Below are positions 59,548 to 64,000 of a stretch of 64,000 bases of DNA, piece by piece (position 1 is the first letter of the stretch; each line of letters starts with the position of its first letter). The notes below the pieces were generated by a model. That model ran no database searches and had not been told where the DNA came from. It saw only the letters and a list, made by a program, of their open reading frames with translations. Position numbers and translations under genes: made by a program. The stretch is from the NCBI GenBank assembly GCA_027007615.1, contig JALTFB010000031.1:314-64313 (forward strand), read 5' to 3'. The DNA is from Candidatus Shapirobacteria bacterium. GTDB taxonomy: Bacteria > Patescibacteriota > Microgenomatia > UBA12405 > UBA6130.

Positions 59548-59965
59548 ATCCTGGACTCCCCGATTTTATCGGGGAATCAGCATAACAATGGAAGGTGAAG
59601 CGCGTTGTAGAGGTGTCATCCTAAACTTTTCCCCGACGATCCGCCAGCTGGCGGAGTCGGGAAAAGTTCAGGATCTTCAGGGAGTGGTGGAACAACAATG
59701 TAAATAAGATACCAACTGAAGATGCTGAGCTAAACTCAGCATGACAATGGAGAGTGAAGTGTGTTGCAGAGATGTCATCCTGATTTTTCGACGAAGTCGG
59801 AAAGTTCAGGATCTTCAGTATGTGGTGAGCCAACAATGCAAACAGGACACTCCCTGAAGATGCTGAAAAAATTTCAGCATGACAGTGGAATATGCTGTTG
59901 TCAACTCCGAGAGCTGCCGAGGCGGGCAAGGTCGGAGCAGGGTAAACCAAGATCAGCATGACACT
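59548..59965. repeat. Tandem array of diverged structured repeats: unit 1 59578..59736 (159 nt), unit 2 59737..59874 (138 nt), partial units from 59875 and 59953, plus a leading hairpin at 59558..59574
   Basis: CAGCAT(G/A)ACA occurs 4 times. Units 1 and 2 are ~80% identical. Each unit holds an inner hairpin (unit 1: TTTTCCCCGACGATCCGCCAG/CTGGCGGAGTCGGGAAAA; unit 2: CGAC-GAA-GTCG) enclosed by ATCCTGA/TCAGGAT. Unit junctions fold as GATGCTGAGC-TAAA-CTCAGCATGAC and TGCTGAAA-AAA-TTTCAGCA. Confidence 0.6.
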
Positions 59966-60087
59966 GTTTTTAATTTTATTTTCTATTTATTTTCCCAAGA
60001 AATCGCCCAAGCTAATTTAAATAAGCTTACTTCCAGGAAAAAGAGGCACAAGCTCCACGGCCAAGGCGATTATCGTTAAATTCTGGA

Positions 60088-60414
60088 TTATTTCTTAGCC
60101 AAAGCCTCGTCAATCTTGGCTTTCAGAGCTTCCTTCGGCTGAAGGCCTACCAGCTGGGCGGTGGGCTGGCCGTCGCGGAAAATGATCACCGTGGGGATCC
60201 CCATGATTCCATATTTGGCTGCTGTTTGCGGATTTTCATCAACGTTAAATTTACCCAGCCTCACCCCGTCGCCATAGTCTTCCACTAATTCTTCCAAAAT
60301 TGGTCCCAAAATTAAACACGGACTGCACCACGGTGCCCAAAAATCAATCACCACGACCCCTTTGGAATCCAAAACCTCATCCTGAAAGTTAGTATCCGTT
60401 AAAGTTATTTTCAT
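60088..60414 (-). CDS. trxA: Thioredoxin with a CSPC active site
   Basis: 108 aa. ..VVIDFWAPWCSPCLILGPILEEL..; the canonical motif is WCGPC. Confidence 0.85.
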   Translation of the reverse strand: MKITLTDTNFQDEVLDSKGVVVIDFWAPWCSPCLILGPILEELVEDYGDGVRLGKFNVDENPQTAAKYGIMGIPTVIIFRDGQPTAQLVGLQPKEALKAKIDEALAKK

Positions 60415-60456
60415 TTTTTACTTTTTTAAACAACTAGTTGTATATTGTAGCCAACT

Positions 60457-61332
60457 CTAATTATTTGTCAACCCCCGCTTGTTCAATTGGCGCCAGATTT
60501 TTTCCTCAGCGGAGCTGAGTTTGGTGGGAATAGTCACCAGCAACCTGACATAAAGATCGCCCCGTTGGCGCAGCCGGCCCAAGCGCGGCATCCCTTTGCC
60601 CCGCAAACGGATTAGGGTGTTGGGCTGTGTCCCGGGACGGATTTTAAATTTGATCTTACCTTCCAAAGTGGAAACCTCAACTTGCCCTCCGAGAACAACG
60701 GTGGCCACGGGAATGCTTAGGCTGGTATAAAGATCGTCTCCGTCGCGCTGGAAATGCTTATCTTCGGCAATATTAACCAACAAATAAAAATCGCGGAATT
60801 TAATTTGCTGGCCATCGTGGACGCCGGCGGGAATTTTAATTTTCCTTTTAGCGCCCTTAATCGTTATCTCTTTCTCGGTGCCATGATAAGCATCGGTCAA
60901 ACTGATAACCAGCCTATAGGTGGGAATTTGTTGGCGGCGGAAAGGTGAACGGCCGCCAAAGAATTGTTCAAAAATTTCAAAAGGGTCGGAAAAACCGCCG
61001 AAAGAAAAGTCAAAGCCGCCGAAAGGCGATCTCTCGCCGCCGGCATAAGTGTAAGTAAAAGGCCCCTGCTTGTAACTGTAGGTCCTGCCCCCGCTCCCAA
61101 ATGGGCCGCCGGCGTCAAAGGCGGCGTGGCCGAATTGGTCATAAGCTTGCCTCTTTTTGGGGTCCGATAAGGCTTCGTAAGCTTCGTTTATTTCTTTAAA
61201 CTTTTCCTCCGCTTCCGAAGATTTATTGCGGTCGGGGTGCCATTTCAAAGCCAACCGCCGATAGGCCTTCTTTATTTCCTGCGGCGAGGCGCTACGATTT
61301 ACCCCTAAGATTTCATAAAAATCGCGCTTCAT
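60457..61332 (-). CDS. dnaJ: J-domain co-chaperone, DnaJ/CbpA-like, without the CxxCxGxG zinc-finger domain
   Basis: J domain with HPD (KWHPDRN), G/F-rich region, C-terminal substrate-binding domains. No Cys repeats. Confidence 0.8.
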   Translation of the reverse strand: MKRDFYEILGVNRSASPQEIKKAYRRLALKWHPDRNKSSEAEEKFKEINEAYEALSDPKKRQAYDQFGHAAFDAGGPFGSGGRTYSYKQGPFTYTYAGGERSPFGGFDFSFGGFSDPFEIFEQFFGGRSPFRRQQIPTYRLVISLTDAYHGTEKEITIKGAKRKIKIPAGVHDGQQIKFRDFYLLVNIAEDKHFQRDGDDLYTSLSIPVATVVLGGQVEVSTLEGKIKFKIRPGTQPNTLIRLRGKGMPRLGRLRQRGDLYVRLLVTIPTKLSSAEEKIWRQLNKRGLTNN

Positions 61333-61337
61333 GGGCG

Positions 61338-63236
61338 TTATTCAACAATTTCTCCCTCTTCCGGCTTGTCCTTGTCCTTATCTTTATCGTCCGGCTTCTT
61401 CGCTTCCGGCCCCGACTCTCCTTTCGCCGCGGTCCCGCCCCCTTGGTAAGCTTTGCTGCCAATCTGCTGCAACAATTGCGACAGGGCTTGCTCTTTACTC
61501 TCCAGCTCCTCTTTCTTGGCCTCGGGTTTGGCCAAAAGCTCTTTGGCTTCTTTAGCCAGCGCCGCCAATTTTTCTTTATCACCGCTGTCCATTTTATCGG
61601 CTAAGTCTTTAATTAATTTCTCGGCCGCAAAAACGCTAGCATCCAGCTTATTATGGGCTTCTATCCGCTGTTTCTTGGCCTCATCCTCCTTGGCATGGGA
61701 TTCCGCTTCCGCCTGCATCTTTTCAACTTCCTCCTCACTCAAGTTAGTGGCATTTTTAATGGTAATTTTTTGCTCTTTGCCGCTGGCCTTATCCCTGGCC
61801 GATACATTGAGAATGCCGTTGGCGTCAATATCAAAAGTCACCTCAATCTGGGGCACTCCCCGCGGCGCCGGCGGAATACCATCCAGGATGAACCGCCCCA
61901 GAGAACGATTGTCGGCTGCCATCGGCCGCTCGCCCTGAAGAACATGCACTTCCACCTGAGATTGGTTATCCGCCGCCGTAGAAAACACCTGCGATTTGCG
62001 GGCCGGCACCGTGGTATTGCGTTCAATGAGGGGAGTCATCACCCCGCCCAAGGTTTCTATCCCCAAGGTTAGCGGAGTAACGTCAAGCAAAAGAACGTCG
62101 CGGACCTCGCCGCTTAAAACCGCCCCCTGGACTGCGGCGCCAACGGCAACCACCTCATCGGGATTGACCGTCTTATTGGCTTCCTTGCCAAATAATTCTT
62201 TAACTACTTGCTGAATTTTGGGCATCCGCGTCTGGCCGCCGACCAAAATCACCTCGTTGATGTCTGCCGGCTTCAGTTTGGCATCCGCCAAACATTTGCG
62301 CACCGGCTCCATCGTCCGTTCAACCAAACCGTCAACCATTTTTTCAAATTCCGCCCGGGTCAGTTTCTTCGTTAAATGCAGCGGCTGGTTATCTTTCTGG
62401 GTAATAAAAGGCAGGTTTATCTCCGTCTCCGGCACCGAGGAAAGCTCAATCTTCGCCTTTTCGGCTGCCTCTTTAATCCGCTGCATCGCCTGCAAATCTT
62501 TACTCAAATCCAACCCGTGCTCTTTTTTAAATTCATCCACCAGCCAATCAATAATTTTTTGGTCAAAATCATCGCCGCCCAAAAAAGTGTCACCATTTGT
62601 GGCTTTAACTTCAAAAACGCCATCGCCTATCTCCAAAATGGAAATGTCAAATGTGCCGCCGCCCAAATCGTAAACAGCCACCGTTTGGTTTTTCTTTTTA
62701 TCCAGCCCATAGGCAAGCGCCGCCGCGGTCGGCTCGTTGATAATCCGCTTGACTTCCAAACCGGCAATCTTGCCCGCTTGCTTTGTCGCCTGGCGCTGCG
62801 AATCGTCAAAATAAGCCGGCACGGTAACGACCGCTTCTTTTATTTCCTCCCCCAAAAAAGCCTCGGCATCCTTTTTGGCTTTTTGCAAGATCATCGCCGA
62901 AATTTCTTGGGGAGTATAAACTTTGCCGCCAACTTCCACGCAAGCCATATTATCGCGGCCGGCCACGATCTTATAAGGGGCGCGCTTAATTGTCTGTTTG
63001 ACTTCGGGATCGCTGAATCGCCTTCCGATTAGCCTTTTAATCGAGTAAATCGTATTTTCGGGATTTAGAATCATCTGCCGCTTGGCTAAATCCCCCACCA
63101 AACCTTTTTTGGGTTCTACCACCGAGGGAATTAAATTGCGCCCCTCAGCGGTGGGAATAACCTTGGGTTTGCCCGCCTCCAAATAAGCGGCGCAAGAATT
63201 GGTTGTTCCTAAATCGATACCGATAACTTTGGTCAT
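61338..63236 (-). CDS. dnaK: Molecular chaperone DnaK (Hsp70)
   Basis: [16 protein letters not shown].. signature. C-terminal KDKDKDK..EEGEIVE. Confidence 0.95.
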   Translation of the reverse strand: MTKVIGIDLGTTNSCAAYLEAGKPKVIPTAEGRNLIPSVVEPKKGLVGDLAKRQMILNPENTIYSIKRLIGRRFSDPEVKQTIKRAPYKIVAGRDNMACVEVGGKVYTPQEISAMILQKAKKDAEAFLGEEIKEAVVTVPAYFDDSQRQATKQAGKIAGLEVKRIINEPTAAALAYGLDKKKNQTVAVYDLGGGTFDISILEIGDGVFEVKATNGDTFLGGDDFDQKIIDWLVDEFKKEHGLDLSKDLQAMQRIKEAAEKAKIELSSVPETEINLPFITQKDNQPLHLTKKLTRAEFEKMVDGLVERTMEPVRKCLADAKLKPADINEVILVGGQTRMPKIQQVVKELFGKEANKTVNPDEVVAVGAAVQGAVLSGEVRDVLLLDVTPLTLGIETLGGVMTPLIERNTTVPARKSQVFSTAADNQSQVEVHVLQGERPMAADNRSLGRFILDGIPPAPRGVPQIEVTFDIDANGILNVSARDKASGKEQKITIKNATNLSEEEVEKMQAEAESHAKEDEAKKQRIEAHNKLDASVFAAEKLIKDLADKMDSGDKEKLAALAKEAKELLAKPEAKKEELESKEQALSQLLQQIGSKAYQGGGTAAKGESGPEAKKPDDKDKDKDKPEEGEIVE

Positions 63237-63682
63237 TTAATACCTCCTTTGCCAACTTTAACTTTGGCCGGACGAATAACTTTACCGTTTACAGTATACC
63301 CCCGCAAAACCGTTTCTACCACCTTGTTTCTCGGTCCTTTGACCACCTCAATGCAATCCATTGACAGGGGATCAAATTCTTGCCCTTCCGTTTCAATTGG
63401 CCGAACGCCTTCGCTCGCCAATACTTTTTTAAATTGATTAACGGCGATTGTCAACCCCTTATTGCCGATATGGGCTTCGGCCCGCTCCAAATCATCCAGC
63501 ACCGCCAACAGCTTATCGATCAACGACCAAGAAAGCTTATCTCTAAATTGTTCCGCTTCCTTGCGGATACGCATTTCCAAATTTTGGTAATCGGCCAAAG
63601 CCCGCGCCAATTGCTGGCGCAAAGTTTCAATTTCAGCAGCTAATTTTTTCTCTTGTTGCTCTATCTTATTTTTCTTGGCCAT
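63233..63682 (-). CDS. grpE: Nucleotide exchange factor GrpE
   Basis: 149 aa coiled-coil plus C-terminal beta domain, between hrcA and dnaK. Confidence 0.85.
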   Translation of the reverse strand: MAKKNKIEQQEKKLAAEIETLRQQLARALADYQNLEMRIRKEAEQFRDKLSWSLIDKLLAVLDDLERAEAHIGNKGLTIAVNQFKKVLASEGVRPIETEGQEFDPLSMDCIEVVKGPRNKVVETVLRGYTVNGKVIRPAKVKVGKGGIK

Positions 63683-63685
63683 TTT

Positions 63686-64000
63686 TTAGCTCCCTATCTC
63701 CGTCAACGATTTGGCAAAATAATTAATAAGGGGAATTATTTGCTTGTACTTCAACCGGGCCGGGCCTAAAACGCCGACCACGCCGCGATGGGGGCCGGCT
63801 TCATAGGGTTGATAAACCAATCCACAGGGCTCGAGATCTTCTTCGCCCAATTCCGCCCCTAAGAGAAGCGAAAAATTATCGGGAGCGTTCTGGAACGCAT
63901 TTTCAATTAATTGCAGCCAAAAATCCAAGCGGTCAACCAACAAAAGAACTTCTTTGGTAACATCGATGTCGTAGAACTCCGGCTCTTCCAAAAGATTGGA
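63686..64000 (-). CDS. hrcA: Heat-inducible transcription repressor HrcA, C-terminal part (3' partial; start lies beyond the window end)
   Basis: C-terminal ..VGVLGPARLKYKQIIPLINYFAKSL.. in operon position upstream of grpE-dnaK-dnaJ. Confidence 0.7.
   Translation of the reverse strand, partial: SNLLEEPEFYDIDVTKEVLLLVDRLDFWLQLIENAFQNAPDNFSLLLGAELGEEDLEPCGLVYQPYEAGPHRGVVGVLGPARLKYKQIIPLINYFAKSLTEIGS

Noticed and set aside
59621-59959. 112 aa minus-strand ORF with an internal protein repeat (FHCHAEIFSASSGSVLFALLAHHILKILNF / LHCHAEFSSASSVGILFTLLFHHSLKILNF)
   Set aside because: The amino-acid repeat mirrors the tandem DNA repeat, whose unit lengths happen to be multiples of 3. The region is dominated by hairpins, so it is more likely a structured RNA or repeat than a protein.
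59578-59965. Possible CRISPR array
   Set aside because: The units are homologous along their whole length. There is no alternation of identical short repeats with unique spacers, and no cas genes are nearby.

Overview
Core housekeeping window, ~50% GC, reading like a small, streamlined bacterial genome, possibly Candidate Phyla Radiation/Patescibacteria (inference only). Every gene from ~10.4 kb to the end (54 kb) is on the minus strand. Content in window order (minus-strand operons therefore appear 3'->5'): a secD N-terminal fragment with an AbrB/MazE-like gene ATGA-coupled to it; DUF3048 and DUF4446 proteins; comM/yifB; tRNA-Arg(CCG)-dnaG-rpoD on plus; a short AT-rich islet (HD hydrolase, small nucleotidyltransferase) ending at tRNA-Pro(GGG); a DsbA-like/CcdA fusion; the L13-S9 operon; the alpha operon (S13-S11-S4-rpoA-L17); infA-rpmJ; the spc operon (L14...L15-secY-adk-map, no L30); the S10 operon (S10-L3-L4-L23-L2-S19-L22-S3-L16-L29-S17); rpoB-rpoC-rpsL-rpsG then fusA-tuf, interrupted by a 1.2 kb AT-rich stretch carrying decayed gene remnants; a cax antiporter; alaS-[738 aa orphan membrane protein]-sortase-ruvX-[Zn ribbon]-mltG; ftsK, rodZ-like, RNase J, a Lon AAA+-only protein; nusA-infB-[DHH-like]-rpsO-pnp; and hrcA(partial)-grpE-dnaK-dnaJ-trxA. 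No transposase, integrase, CRISPR array or rRNA was seen. Best leads: a tandem array of structured ~140-160 nt repeats between trxA and nusA; gene remnants inserted inside the str operon; the orphan 738 aa membrane protein next to a sortase; a Lon protein lacking N and protease domains; and an AbrB-family gene translationally coupled to secD.
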